A stretch of DNA of 64,000 bases from Candidatus Saccharimonadota bacterium (lineage in GTDB: Bacteria; Patescibacteriota; Saccharimonadia; Saccharimonadales; UBA10212): positions 12,922-76,921 of the forward strand of contig JACPKG010000002.1 of the NCBI GenBank assembly GCA_016187175.1. Reading direction: 5' to 3'. The position numbers and the translations under genes were made by a program. Within the stretch, counting starts at the first letter, position 1; every line of letters starts with the position of its first letter. Positions 1 to 8,806 of the stretch are shown in pieces. The notes beneath the pieces were generated by a model. That model did not search any database and was not told the DNA's origin. It saw only the letters and a program-made list of their open reading frames with translations.

Positions 1-79
1 TTGCCACGAAGTTTTTGGCCAGTCCGCCGGCGTGCAGCGAAGTACGATCGGCCAACGAAACATTGTGCAAAACTTTCAT
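1..79 (-). CDS. murB: UDP-N-acetylmuramate dehydrogenase, 5' part (runs off the window)
   Basis: Minus strand from ATG at 79 reads MKVLHNVSLADRTSLHAGGLAKNFVA, matching the MurB N-terminal pattern (xxLxxxTxxxxGGxA). A -10 box TATAAT lies on the minus strand at 194-199. Confidence 0.7.
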   Translation of the reverse strand, partial: MKVLHNVSLADRTSLHAGGLAKNFVA

Positions 80-182
80 CCCGTTAGAGCTCCTACAGAT
101 GCAACCAAAACACCGACCCTTACTTGAGTGTTCATGTCTAACTTATACACAGGCAGTCAGTCCTTAGGAGCTCTAACGGGAT
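78..182. repeat. 18-bp perfect inverted repeat (ATCCCGTTAGAGCTCCTA / TAGGAGCTCTAACGGGAT) with 69-nt spacer, REPIN/MITE-like
   Basis: Arms at 78-95 and 165-182 are exact reverse complements. Confidence 0.85.
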
Positions 183-191
183 TCATCATAA

Positions 192-223
192 CCATTATAC
201 GGCCTTGCGCAGTGGTATAATGG
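192..223. promoter_or_regulatory. Divergent -10 boxes forming an inverted repeat (CCATTATAC...GTATAATGG)
   Basis: TATAAT on both strands between murB and ORF 230. Confidence 0.6.
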
Positions 224-229
224 AGGCAG

Positions 230-769
230 ATGGATAAACCGGCCTCTGGCACTCCGTATAAACCACTTGGGCAAAAGCTTAAAGAATTGCGCAGCCGCAC
301 CAACGAAAGTCTGGCCGAAGCGTCTGGCGCCGTAGAAATTGATGTGCGCCAGCTAGCTAGCTTTGAGTTGGGCCAATCACGGCCAACCGAAGACGTACTG
401 TTGCTTTTACTAAGCCACTTTAGCGTTAAAGACGACGAGGCTGTTAGAGTCTGGGAAATAGCGGGCTACAACTTGGCAAAAATTCCTGCAGCCTATGTCT
501 CCAACGATGCCGGAAAAGGCGACCAGTTGACCGCTTCGACCAATGACCACGTGCTGTTTACGGATATAGTTGATGTCATTGTTAACAATTACGGCGTAGT
601 CATGAATTTTATGCAAAACACCGGCTCAGCCCGCCAACCTACCATAGTAGCTAAAGTCGGCATGAGCCGCGAGCATGCCAAGAGCGTTCTGCAAATTCTG
701 CAGATGACCTTAAGCCATACCGAACATAACCGTCGCGCCATCAACGCTCCAGACAACCCGGGCGAATAA
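230..769 (+). CDS. XRE-family HTH protein with C-terminal DUF3467-like domain
   Basis: N-terminal HTH (LGQKLKELR...LASFELGQSRP); C-terminal LFTDIVDVIVNNYGVVMNF...KVGMSREHAK. Confidence 0.7.
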   Translation: MDKPASGTPYKPLGQKLKELRSRTNESLAEASGAVEIDVRQLASFELGQSRPTEDVLLLLLSHFSVKDDEAVRVWEIAGYNLAKIPAAYVSNDAGKGDQLTASTNDHVLFTDIVDVIVNNYGVVMNFMQNTGSARQPTIVAKVGMSREHAKSVLQILQMTLSHTEHNRRAINAPDNPGE

Positions 770-844
770 AATACTTGCGCCAGACAACTAGTCGGCGTAT
801 TATGCAGAAATAAATAACCATAAGCGATATAAAAAGGGACTTGT

Positions 845-3037
845 ATGGAGCGTTATAGTAAGACAAAACTAGCCATAAAAATGGGACTGGTTGCCTTACC
901 AATGGCCTTGGTGGGGATTTTAGTTTCTACGTTAGCAGTTTCTACTTATAAAGACTATAAGCCAGGCAGGATAGTATCGGCCGTAACTCAAAACGGCCTA
1001 ACGGCTATACTTGGCGAGTCAACCGACTATATGTCGCCTGGAATGTCTTATCCTTCGACTTGCCCGGCGCCATATACTGGCACACCGCCAAACTGCCAAG
1101 CTCCGGCTAGTTACACTTATCCGACAGATGGAACAGGTGGTAGTTCAACTACTACACAGCCACCGACCCAAACTTATACATCACCGACTTCAGGCACTTC
1201 CGGATCAACCACTCCAACTTCCGGATCAACCACCACCAACCCTCCCAGTTATTCTTATCCGTCATCGGGGTCGGGTAGCATATCCCAGCCAGCAGCCGGC
1301 AGCCCAACCACCAGTCCACCGACTACTAGTAGCGGTGAATCCGAAGCTTGTTGTCGGGCTCCAGGTGATCCAATCCAGGGATCAACAGGGTCAACGGGGT
1401 CGCAATCAAGTGGTTCAAATCAGGGTCAAAGCAGCGGCCAATACGTTCCACCACCTCCGACCTATAGTCGAAGTGACTCTGGAAGTTGCATGGAGAATAT
1501 GCTTGGCGCCGAAGCCTATGCCAAATTCCGCTCTGGTGGTTTCCAGCCCACCGCCGACCAAATCGCCAGAGCCTCTAGCTGCTTTAGCGCGCAGGTCAGT
1601 TATGGCTCTTCGTCTGGAAGTGGCCAAAGCGGTGGCGGGTCTGGCGGCCAGTCCAACAGCGGGCCTTCTGCACAATCAGGTTCCAGCCAGCAACCGGCCT
1701 ATGCTTCAATTGCCATAGCTCCCCCGCCGGCTTTCCAAGCCGATTCACCAATGGTCGCCTGCGCGAAGTCCATAGTGGGCGATCGTTACGGCAGCCAGCC
1801 ATCAGCCGAACAAATGGATCAGATTCGGTCTAAATGTTTTAACCAAGCCTCATCCGGACACCAAATTGGCTACATAGACCCTAGTGGTCAAGGTGGCAGA
1901 GACGGTTCTCTGCCGGGCGTTGCAATTAGCAGCGTAGGTCCTGGCGATAAAGCCGGCTCGCCTCCGTCCCTGCCGCCAGAAGTTAAAGCCTGTGTGATAA
2001 AAGCCGGCATGAGTGAGTCTACTATTGCCGCCATCCAGCGCGGCCAATCGCCGACCGCCGCGCAGCAGCAACAGGGCGAAAGCTGCTTTAACCAGTACGC
2101 TAAAGATAAGGGCTACACACCACCCATGCTGACGCCGCCCGATCCTACACAACCGTTTGACCCCAGCTCTAAACAGAACCAATGTGCCGATTTGGTAGCC
2201 CAAACCCACGGCATTAGGGTTAACCAGATAAACCCGGGCATTGTAGCAACTTGGAGCGCTGATGATATCAGTAAAATGCGATCGTGCTATGGCGTTTCAC
2301 CAACGACTTCGGCTGGTAATAATACAATGGCCTTTGCGCCGACTAGCCCCCAGGTTGCCGTAGCTAGCTCTAAGCTCAGCTGTATAGAACAAGCGGTCGG
2401 AGCCGATAAACTGGCTGCAGTGGTAGCCGGTACGGCGTCCATTAACGATAGCGATCGCCGAACAGTGTACGACAAGTGCATTAACCCGACCAAGATTGCC
2501 GCTAATGCCGATCCAGCCCTGCTGGGCATTCTGGCTGCCATGCCGCCATCGGATCTGGAAGGCCAGTTTATTCCTGTCGATGCACAAATCTTACCGGCGC
2601 CGACAGCCGCTGGTACTAGCCAAACTTCGGCTGACGCTGAAGTAGCTATCGGCGGTGAAGTTAATGTAGCCGCCGGTACGACTCTGCCGACAAAGATAGA
2701 CGTGTTTGTTAAATCTACCCCGCAAACCTTTACTGTTTCTCTGAAGAAAATTACTGCCACAAAAGCCACTTGGACAATCAACGTCGGCCAAAACAAACTG
2801 CCGCTTGGTAATCACAAGGCTTACGCTGTTGCGACTTTAGCCGATGCTACACAGACGCGCAGTCCAGATGCCAGCTTTGACATTACCGCCGCTAAAGCCA
2901 CAAAGAATAACGTTACGATAATTGTGGCTGCCGCCGCGGGCGCAGTAGCTCTTGTTTTGGGCGCCTGGATGGGCTGGCGTTGGCATCACAAACAACCTTT
3001 GCTGTCTTTTAGGCTTCCTTGGAGAAAACACGGCTAA
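845..3037 (+). CDS. Large surface protein: Ser/Thr/Pro/Gly-rich linkers, Cys-paired repeats, Ig-like C-terminal domain, TM anchor
   Basis: 730-aa ORF with N-terminal hydrophobic segment, five C...C repeats, and a C-terminal TM followed by a basic tail. Confidence 0.75.
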   Translation: MERYSKTKLAIKMGLVALPMALVGILVSTLAVSTYKDYKPGRIVSAVTQNGLTAILGESTDYMSPGMSYPSTCPAPYTGTPPNCQAPASYTYPTDGTGGSSTTTQPPTQTYTSPTSGTSGSTTPTSGSTTTNPPSYSYPSSGSGSISQPAAGSPTTSPPTTSSGESEACCRAPGDPIQGSTGSTGSQSSGSNQGQSSGQYVPPPPTYSRSDSGSCMENMLGAEAYAKFRSGGFQPTADQIARASSCFSAQVSYGSSSGSGQSGGGSGGQSNSGPSAQSGSSQQPAYASIAIAPPPAFQADSPMVACAKSIVGDRYGSQPSAEQMDQIRSKCFNQASSGHQIGYIDPSGQGGRDGSLPGVAISSVGPGDKAGSPPSLPPEVKACVIKAGMSESTIAAIQRGQSPTAAQQQQGESCFNQYAKDKGYTPPMLTPPDPTQPFDPSSKQNQCADLVAQTHGIRVNQINPGIVATWSADDISKMRSCYGVSPTTSAGNNTMAFAPTSPQVAVASSKLSCIEQAVGADKLAAVVAGTASINDSDRRTVYDKCINPTKIAANADPALLGILAAMPPSDLEGQFIPVDAQILPAPTAAGTSQTSADAEVAIGGEVNVAAGTTLPTKIDVFVKSTPQTFTVSLKKITATKATWTINVGQNKLPLGNHKAYAVATLADATQTRSPDASFDITAAKATKNNVTIIVAAAAGAVALVLGAWMGWRWHHKQPLLSFRLPWRKHG

Positions 3038-3060
3038 TAGTAACGTCCAGCAACGATCAT

Positions 3061-3117
3061 AGCACCGGACCAGGCAGTCAGCCATCCACGGTGGCCAAAG
3101 TTGGCATGAGCCGCGAA
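3061..3117 (+). pseudogene. Diverged duplicate fragment of the C-terminal domain of gene 230..769
   Basis: STGPGSQPSTVAKVGMSRE versus NTGSARQPTIVAKVGMSRE encoded at 617-673. Confidence 0.7.
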
Positions 3118-3143
3118 CCCCCCCAAAAAACTGACCCAGTAGT

Positions 3144-3212
3144 GAGCCCGCTGGATAAAATGCCAGTCTCCGAAGCTGGAAGTTGCAGGTTCGAGTCCTG
3201 CCGGCCTCACCA
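3144..3212 (+). pseudogene. Degenerate tRNA-Arg(CCG) lacking the 5' strand of the D arm
   Basis: Anticodon arm CCAGT-CTCCGAA-GCTGG, T arm GCAGG-TTCGAGT-CCTGC and ACCA end are present. The acceptor 5' strand GAGCCCG runs directly into CTGGATA, and the acceptor stem has a C-C mismatch. Confidence 0.7.
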
Positions 3213-3277
3213 CTGTAATTGTATATTTTAGAACCCAGAGTATAATAGTAAGTACCAACTATTGAGGGTTTTGTTTT

Positions 3278-3946
3278 ATGAAGCTTGCTCTGAAAACTCA
3301 GGCTGTATCTTTACGAAAAAAGGGTAAGACTTATTCGGAAATTCGTACGGCGATTGATCATGTTTCAAAATCAACGCTCTCCAGGTGGTTAAAAGACGTA
3401 GCTCTTACCCCTGAGCAAGAGGCACAGATTAAAAATAAAATGATAACCCAAGGCCACGCCGGACGGCTAAAGGGCGTTTTGCGAAATAAGCAGAAAAGGA
3501 TAGAGCGTCTTGCTAAAATTAGTACACAGGCAAAAAAAGAATATCCAAAATTAATTAAAAATCCTCGATTTATGGCTGGTTTAATCCTGTACTTAGCAGA
3601 AGGTAATAAAAAACATGAAAGATTTGGGTTTATGAACTCCGATCGTTATTTGGTTGAAATAATGGTGCGTTGGGTCAAAGACTTTGGAAACATCGAAGTT
3701 GACGATATAAATTACAGATTGTACATCCATGATGTTTACGCTCATGAGAATTGCGAACAATTATGGTCAGATTTTCTGCAGCTGAACTCAGGCCAACTAT
3801 TCAAGACTGTTTACAAGCAAACACCGCATAAAATTAAAAAAAATCCACTATACAAAGGCTGTATGAGGATGGAAATCTCAGGTAGTGAGTTATATTGGAA
3901 GGTGATGACTTGGCAGCAATGTTTATACAAGTCACTAAAAATATAG
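3278..3946 (+). CDS. tRNA-adjacent HTH + LAGLIDADG-like protein (CPR type)
   Basis: N-terminal HTH (LRKKGKTYSEI...SKSTLSRW) and AGLILYLAEG motif followed by F-x-NSD. AT-rich and bracketed by two tRNA-Arg sequences. Confidence 0.65.
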   Translation: MKLALKTQAVSLRKKGKTYSEIRTAIDHVSKSTLSRWLKDVALTPEQEAQIKNKMITQGHAGRLKGVLRNKQKRIERLAKISTQAKKEYPKLIKNPRFMAGLILYLAEGNKKHERFGFMNSDRYLVEIMVRWVKDFGNIEVDDINYRLYIHDVYAHENCEQLWSDFLQLNSGQLFKTVYKQTPHKIKKNPLYKGCMRMEISGSELYWKVMTWQQCLYKSLKI

Positions 3947-3950
3947 TTAA

Positions 3951-4025
3951 GCCTCCGTGGTGAAATGGATATCACGACAGTCTTCGGAACTGTTGTTGGG
4001 GGTTCGAATCCCTCCGGGGGCACCA
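3951..4025 (+). tRNA. tRNA-Arg(UCG)
   Basis: Cloverleaf GCCTCCG...CGGGGGC-ACCA; anticodon arm ACAGT-CTTCGGA-ACTGT. Confidence 0.93.
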
Positions 4026-4063
4026 AGCTGCTGAGCCAGCATCGCGGACACCGGACCAAGATA

Positions 4064-4597
4064 TTAAAACCGGTAAGTTAAATTTTCGGTTATGATCATT
4101 TTAAGTGGTATGTCATGAGCTTCGCCGAATGAAGTTGTTTGCCGGCCGAATTCGTAACATAAACCGATAGTTAAGGCCCTTTTCTGGGTCTTTAGATACT
4201 CGTCATAAAAACCGCCGCCATAACCAATACGGTGTCCGTCTTTGTCAAAGCCTAAAAGCGGCACGATAATAAGATCAAACTGATAATTTTCCGGTACGGT
4301 TTTTTGGAAGCCGGCATCATCAAACCAGAAGCTTTTATAAATAGCGCTTTGTTGTTTCCAGGCGGCGGTTTTGACTTGGGGGTATCGGCGCCGGATAACA
4401 CCCAGCAGTAAGTTCGTGTCCGCCTCACGCTGCTGTTTTATCGGCAGATAGATATGCAAGCTACTTATCTTCGTCCAATCAACAATATCCAAAAGTTGAC
4501 TGGTCATATTTTGGCTAAGGCTTTTAACCTGGCTAGCACTTAACTCTAGCCGCTCTTTTTTTAACCTTTGCCGCAGATCCGCCTTGCTGTTTGCCAT
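4064..4597 (-). CDS. 5-formyltetrahydrofolate cyclo-ligase
   Basis: DLIIVPLLGFD...RIGYGGGFYD and EAHDIP motifs. Confidence 0.92.
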   Translation of the reverse strand: MANSKADLRQRLKKERLELSASQVKSLSQNMTSQLLDIVDWTKISSLHIYLPIKQQREADTNLLLGVIRRRYPQVKTAAWKQQSAIYKSFWFDDAGFQKTVPENYQFDLIIVPLLGFDKDGHRIGYGGGFYDEYLKTQKRALTIGLCYEFGRQTTSFGEAHDIPLKMIITENLTYRF

Positions 4598-4613
4598 GCT
4601 GGAATTGTAGCAT

Positions 4614-4690
4614 TGGAGGGCCCACTGGGACTCGAACCCAGGACACTCTGCTTAAGAGGCAGATGCTCTAACCAACTGAGCTATGGGCCC
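4614..4690 (-). tRNA. tRNA-Lys(CUU)
   Basis: Reverse complement GGGCCCATAGCTCAGTTGG...TCTGC-CTCTTAA-GCAGA...GGGCCCTCCA. Confidence 0.95.
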
Positions 4691-4760
4691 GGAAAATAGC
4701 TTCCAAATATTAGCAAATTACCCCTGTTTTTGCAATTTAGTTCGTGATAAAATATAAGTA

Positions 4761-4931
4761 ATGAATGACGGTCATCTGGAAGATTTGAAGCAGTTTATAG
4801 ACGGCCGCGTGGGCCAAGCAGAGCCCAGATTGAGGGAAGAATCGTTAGACGGTTTTCAAGGTGTCGGTGAAGCTATTGAGGCAACAAACCATCGCATTGA
4901 TCAGTTCGATACATCAAAACGCCCTGCGTAA
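4761..4931 (+). CDS. Small hypothetical protein (56 aa)
   Basis: MNDGHLEDLKQFIDGRVGQAE...KRPA*, preceded by a TGnTAAAAT-type -10 box. Below the ORF-track length cutoff. Confidence 0.5.
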   Translation: MNDGHLEDLKQFIDGRVGQAEPRLREESLDGFQGVGEAIEATNHRIDQFDTSKRPA

Positions 4932-4964
4932 ACAAGCTGTTTTTAGTATAAAATAACCCAAGTA

Positions 4965-5765
4965 ATGAAACTACTTGACGGCAAGGAACTGGCTGGGTTT
5001 ATTAAGGAGCGGCAGGCTAAGGATGTCCGCCGGCTTAAGGCATCCAAAATTTTTCCGAAGCTGGCTATTGTCCAGGTCAAAGACGATCCGGTTATTAACA
5101 CCTACGTACGACTGAAAAAGAAATACGGGGCTGATATTGGTATTGGAGTAGAGCTGCATGCCCCAGAGCAAAAGGACGTGCCAAAATTACTTAACAGGTT
5201 AAGTAATGACAAGTCGGTGCATGGTATCATTGTCCAGCTGCCTCTGTCAGATCCTTCTCAGACTGACGAAATAGTCAACATGGTTGCGCCCGAAAAAGAC
5301 GTTGACGCCCTAGGCAAAAACGCCAGATTTGAGCCAGCAACACCAATGGCTATTCTATGGTTGTTGCACGGGTACAACATCGAACTAGCAGACAAGCACA
5401 TTTTACTCATCGGTCGCGGGAAATTAGTTGGCGCGCCACTGGAAAAAATTCTCAAAAGCTCCGGCTATAGTATTGAAGTTATTGACCGCGACGTTAAAAA
5501 TTTAGCCGAACATACCAAAAGAGCGGATATTATTATTACGGCCACCGGCAGCCCGGCCATTCTCTATCCGGCCATGATTAAGCGAGGGGCAGTGGTGGTT
5601 GACGCCGGCGTCGCTAGCGAAGAAGGTAAAACCGTTGGCGACCTGTCGCCGGAAGTGTATAAGCGTGACGATTTAACCGTGACGCCAGAAAAAGGTGGCG
5701 TCGGTCCGTTAACCGTCTGCGCCTTGTTTGAAAACGTCATCCGGGCCGCTAAAAGTGAGTGCTAA
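4965..5765 (+). CDS. folD: Bifunctional methylenetetrahydrofolate dehydrogenase/cyclohydrolase
   Basis: LDGKELA, HGIIVQLPL, PEKDVD, TPEKGGVGPLTV motifs. Confidence 0.95.
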   Translation: MKLLDGKELAGFIKERQAKDVRRLKASKIFPKLAIVQVKDDPVINTYVRLKKKYGADIGIGVELHAPEQKDVPKLLNRLSNDKSVHGIIVQLPLSDPSQTDEIVNMVAPEKDVDALGKNARFEPATPMAILWLLHGYNIELADKHILLIGRGKLVGAPLEKILKSSGYSIEVIDRDVKNLAEHTKRADIIITATGSPAILYPAMIKRGAVVVDAGVASEEGKTVGDLSPEVYKRDDLTVTPEKGGVGPLTVCALFENVIRAAKSEC

Positions 5766-7127
5766 CACAGCTGTCTTGAACTGATCGCCGCGATCTTTGT
5801 AATCCTTGAACAACCCAAAACTGGAGCAGCCGGTAGAAAGAAGCACTACGTCGCCCGGTTTGGCCGAGGCGCGAGCGGCGCTAGCAATTTCTGGCATGGT
5901 TTTTAAGCCTAAAGTTACGTTTTTGTAGCCTTTGGCTGCTAGCATTTTAGCAATTTTTTCGCCGGTATAACCGATGGCTATTACTTGTCTGACTCGGCTT
6001 TTTACCACCTCGTCTACTAAGGGGTCAAAAGGCAGGCCCTTATCGTGGCCGCCCAGTATTATCACTTTTGGTTCAATGAAGGCCCGCATGGCCACGATGG
6101 CGGTTTGGGGGGTAGTCCCAAAGGAGTCGTCATAGTATTTGACACTGTCTAATTCCCGCACGAATTCCAGGCGGTGTTCCAGACCACTAAAGCTTGTTAA
6201 AACTTGACGGATCGCTTGGATTTTAGCCTGCAGTTGCACTTCAGGAACTGTAAACCAAACAGTGGTCACAGCGGCACAGACGTTTTCAAGGTTATGCTCG
6301 CCCAGAAGCTTTACGTCCCTGGTTTTTATAACTTCTATTTCCGGGTCGCCAACCACTATAATCCCCTCGTCTTTAGCGACGGCGCCCGGCTTGGCAAAGT
6401 AGGGGATCTTGACTCCGGGCGAGGCCCCAGCTATACGTTTGGATTGTTCGTTTTTAGCAAAATAAATGGCGATGTCATCAGTTTTTTGGTAGGCGAACAG
6501 ATTGGTTTTGGCCGCAATATACTCTTCTGTATTAGAGTGCCAATCTTGGTGTTCGTCGGTAATCATTAAGCTGACGGCAATATGGGGGCTATAGGGAAAT
6601 TTATAAAGCTGAAAGTTAGTTATCTCAAGCACCACCCAATCATCCTCCTGGACATCTCCCAGGACATCTAGAACGCTGGTGCCAATGTTGCCAGCTAGAT
6701 AGGCATTTTTACCAACGGCCTTTAACATCTCAAATATTAGGGTCGAGGTAGTACCCTTACCTTTAGTGCCGGTAATACCAACGAGGTTTTTAGTCTTTAC
6801 CCCTTGGAAGAAAATGTGCCAAACAGTTGTCGCCTTCTGCCAAAAGTCTTTATCCTGCCCAAATTTTTGCTCCAAGTTCTTTACAGAGGTGACAGAATAG
6901 ATAATCTTATCACAGTCTTCGATGCCGTTCAGATAGCTCAGGTCCGCGACGTTGCCAGTTACTCCTGGCGGCTTTTCCGCTTTCAGAAATTGGACCTTGA
7001 TTCTTTCCGATTCGGCAGGCAAGTCGTCCCTGGGGTGCTCGTTCACTATAAGATATTCGTGCTCCGGCCCAAAGTAGCGGTAGGCGCTTTGGCCCTCTAT
7101 ACCCCAACCAACAATCCCTATCCTCAT
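5709..7127 (-). CDS. murD: UDP-N-acetylmuramoyl-L-alanine--D-glutamate ligase
   Basis: GITGTKGKGTT, GNIG, GLEHRLE, DDSFGT, LGGHDKG and SSFGLFKDYKDRG motifs. Confidence 0.93.
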   Translation of the reverse strand: MRIGIVGWGIEGQSAYRYFGPEHEYLIVNEHPRDDLPAESERIKVQFLKAEKPPGVTGNVADLSYLNGIEDCDKIIYSVTSVKNLEQKFGQDKDFWQKATTVWHIFFQGVKTKNLVGITGTKGKGTTSTLIFEMLKAVGKNAYLAGNIGTSVLDVLGDVQEDDWVVLEITNFQLYKFPYSPHIAVSLMITDEHQDWHSNTEEYIAAKTNLFAYQKTDDIAIYFAKNEQSKRIAGASPGVKIPYFAKPGAVAKDEGIIVVGDPEIEVIKTRDVKLLGEHNLENVCAAVTTVWFTVPEVQLQAKIQAIRQVLTSFSGLEHRLEFVRELDSVKYYDDSFGTTPQTAIVAMRAFIEPKVIILGGHDKGLPFDPLVDEVVKSRVRQVIAIGYTGEKIAKMLAAKGYKNVTLGLKTMPEIASAARASAKPGDVVLLSTGCSSFGLFKDYKDRGDQFKTAVLALTFSGPDDVFKQGADG

Positions 7128-7152
7128 CCCTTAATCATACCCCGATTTATTC

Positions 7153-7255
7153 TGTGATAGGTTAGACCTATCACAACTACCACAAGCCTACCACGGGCTG
7201 TCGAGGGTTAAAGTTTTGGCCAGAAGCAACTCTGTGATAGGTTAGACCTATCACA
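7153..7255. repeat. Two REP-A palindromes TGTGATAGGT-TAG-ACCTATCACA (7153-7175, 7233-7255) upstream of RAYT-1
   Basis: Two identical 23-nt hairpins; the second overlaps the first base of the ATG. Confidence 0.9.
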
Positions 7256-7878
7256 TGCCAAGCAGGAATATAGTTCGGGAGTTCGTTTCTGATAGCTATT
7301 ATCATATTTATAATCGTGGAGTAGAGAAACGAGTAATCTTTACTGATGAGCAAGATTACACGGTTTTCTTAGGTCTATTGAAGAAGTATCTGTCTGGTGA
7401 ACCGCCAGGCAAAGAAAACAGGCATCTTTTTAAGAGTTTTCAGGGCGAGCTCTCTCTTTTGGCTTATTGCTTAATGCCCAGCCATTTCCACCTACTTTTT
7501 TATCAATCATCAGAAAAAGCATTTGCGGAATTGATGTGTCGATTGTGCACTGGTTACGTTATGTACTTCAATAACCGGCACCATAGAATAGGCGGTCTCT
7601 TCCAGGGGCCATATCGGGCTTCTCGCATTGATGAAGATGGATATTTACATCACATATCAAGATATATACACCTGAACCCAGAAGATTATAAAAATTGGCC
7701 ATACTCAAGCCACTCAGTTTACACAGGAGTAAAAAAGACAGTGTGGGTAAACACAGAACTGATTTTGGGCTTATTTAACAATGACCCAAAAGAGTATCAG
7801 GAGTTTTTAGATGATTACGTAGACAGCAAAGCCGAGCTGGCGATTCTCAAACATCAGCTAGCTAATGACTTAGAGTGA
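7255..7878 (+). mobile_element. REP-associated tyrosine transposase (RAYT / Y1_Tnp, IS200-like HUH), intact
   Basis: YYHIYNRG, AYCLMPSHFHLL (HUH), GGLFQGPY, SRYIHLNP and WPYSS motifs; flanked by palindromes. Confidence 0.92.
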
Positions 7879-7884
7879 TCTTTT

Positions 7885-7931
7885 TGTGATAGTAGTTGTG
7901 ATAGGTCTAACCTATCACAACTACTATCACA
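7885..7931. repeat. Extended REP-A palindrome (22-bp arms, CTA loop) downstream of RAYT-1
   Basis: TGTGATAGTAGTTGTGATAGGT-CTA-ACCTATCACAACTACTATCACA, inverted relative to the upstream copies. Confidence 0.9.
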
Positions 7932-8028
7932 CTCACACGGCTCTCCGTAAAAGGCTTGTGTTTATTTAAATTGAGGGTTGACGGGCTGGGCAAACGTAGT
8001 ATAATCTGCTTTTGGTTAAGGAAAAAAT

Positions 8029-8376
8029 ATGACTTTTGAAAAATCAGGATATCTTTCCCCGACCTCGCAGGGCCATGAAGCTCCACGGAGGGATCTACTG
8101 GATATTGAATTATTCCCAAGTGCCGTACCCATTGAAGACGTTAAGCCCGTCGGAGAGATGCATGTCAACGAAAGTTCCAGCGGGTTTAGATTTAACGAAT
8201 TAGAACAAGCTCAGGTTGATGGCAGCGAATTGCATGCAGACCACGACGCTCTAGTAAGATTGGGCGGTATGTGGGCTGTACGTGCAACTAGCGCCCAAGG
8301 TATGCCTCCTGAGGCTAGAGCCTTTTATCAAGGTATTTTCGATTTTGCTCAGCCTGGTGAAAAAAGAAAAAAGTAA
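8029..8376 (+). CDS. Hypothetical protein
   Basis: 115-aa ORF behind a TTGACG-N17-TATAAT-type promoter at about 7978-8005. Confidence 0.6.
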   Translation: MTFEKSGYLSPTSQGHEAPRRDLLDIELFPSAVPIEDVKPVGEMHVNESSSGFRFNELEQAQVDGSELHADHDALVRLGGMWAVRATSAQGMPPEARAFYQGIFDFAQPGEKRKK

Positions 8377-8661
8377 GCTTAAACCCGATCCTAAGCATTA
8401 GCTTGTTGATAGTATTGCCAATATTGCAACCTTGTGATAAAATATACCCACTCTCGCCATCTGGCGCGTTAGTGAGGTGGACAAGACGCAATCTTGACAA
8501 TTCAGAAGTTTGCGAACAATTTAGAAAATGGTCAAAATTAAACTAAATTGAGAGGCAAACTAGATAGTTATGGGGTTTTAATTGAAGCGATTAGCCATTA
8601 GCTAATAGCTATTAGCTATCTGCTCTTAATTCCCATAACCGACTACTTAATTTGTTTTTGA

Positions 8662-8798
8662 TCTGTCCTTTTGGGCAAGGCACCAAGGTGATACATGTCT
8701 TTGTATTGTACTGTCGCTTTGGTGTCTTGCCCAACCCTCAAGGGTAAGGGCAGACCCGGTGATTGCGCACGCTGGTCTCCTGAACCACGACCACCGGG
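8662..8798 (+). promoter_or_regulatory. Structured 5' leader of high-GC cassette 1
   Basis: Stem TCTGTCCTT/AAGGGCAGA encloses a 23-bp hairpin (8671-8734, four G-U pairs) and a short ACCCT/AGGGT hairpin. A following CCCGGTG/CACCGGG stem reaches into the SD. Confidence 0.6.
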
Positions 8799-8806
8799 AG
8801 GTGATC

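Noticed and set aside
1011-1718. 235-aa overlapping ORF
   Set aside because: Out-of-frame shadow of the low-complexity region of 845..3037.
7153-7255. Two identical 23-nt repeats with a 57-nt spacer as a mini CRISPR array
   Set aside because: Only two copies, no cas genes, adjacent to a RAYT, and dispersed copies elsewhere: these are REPs.
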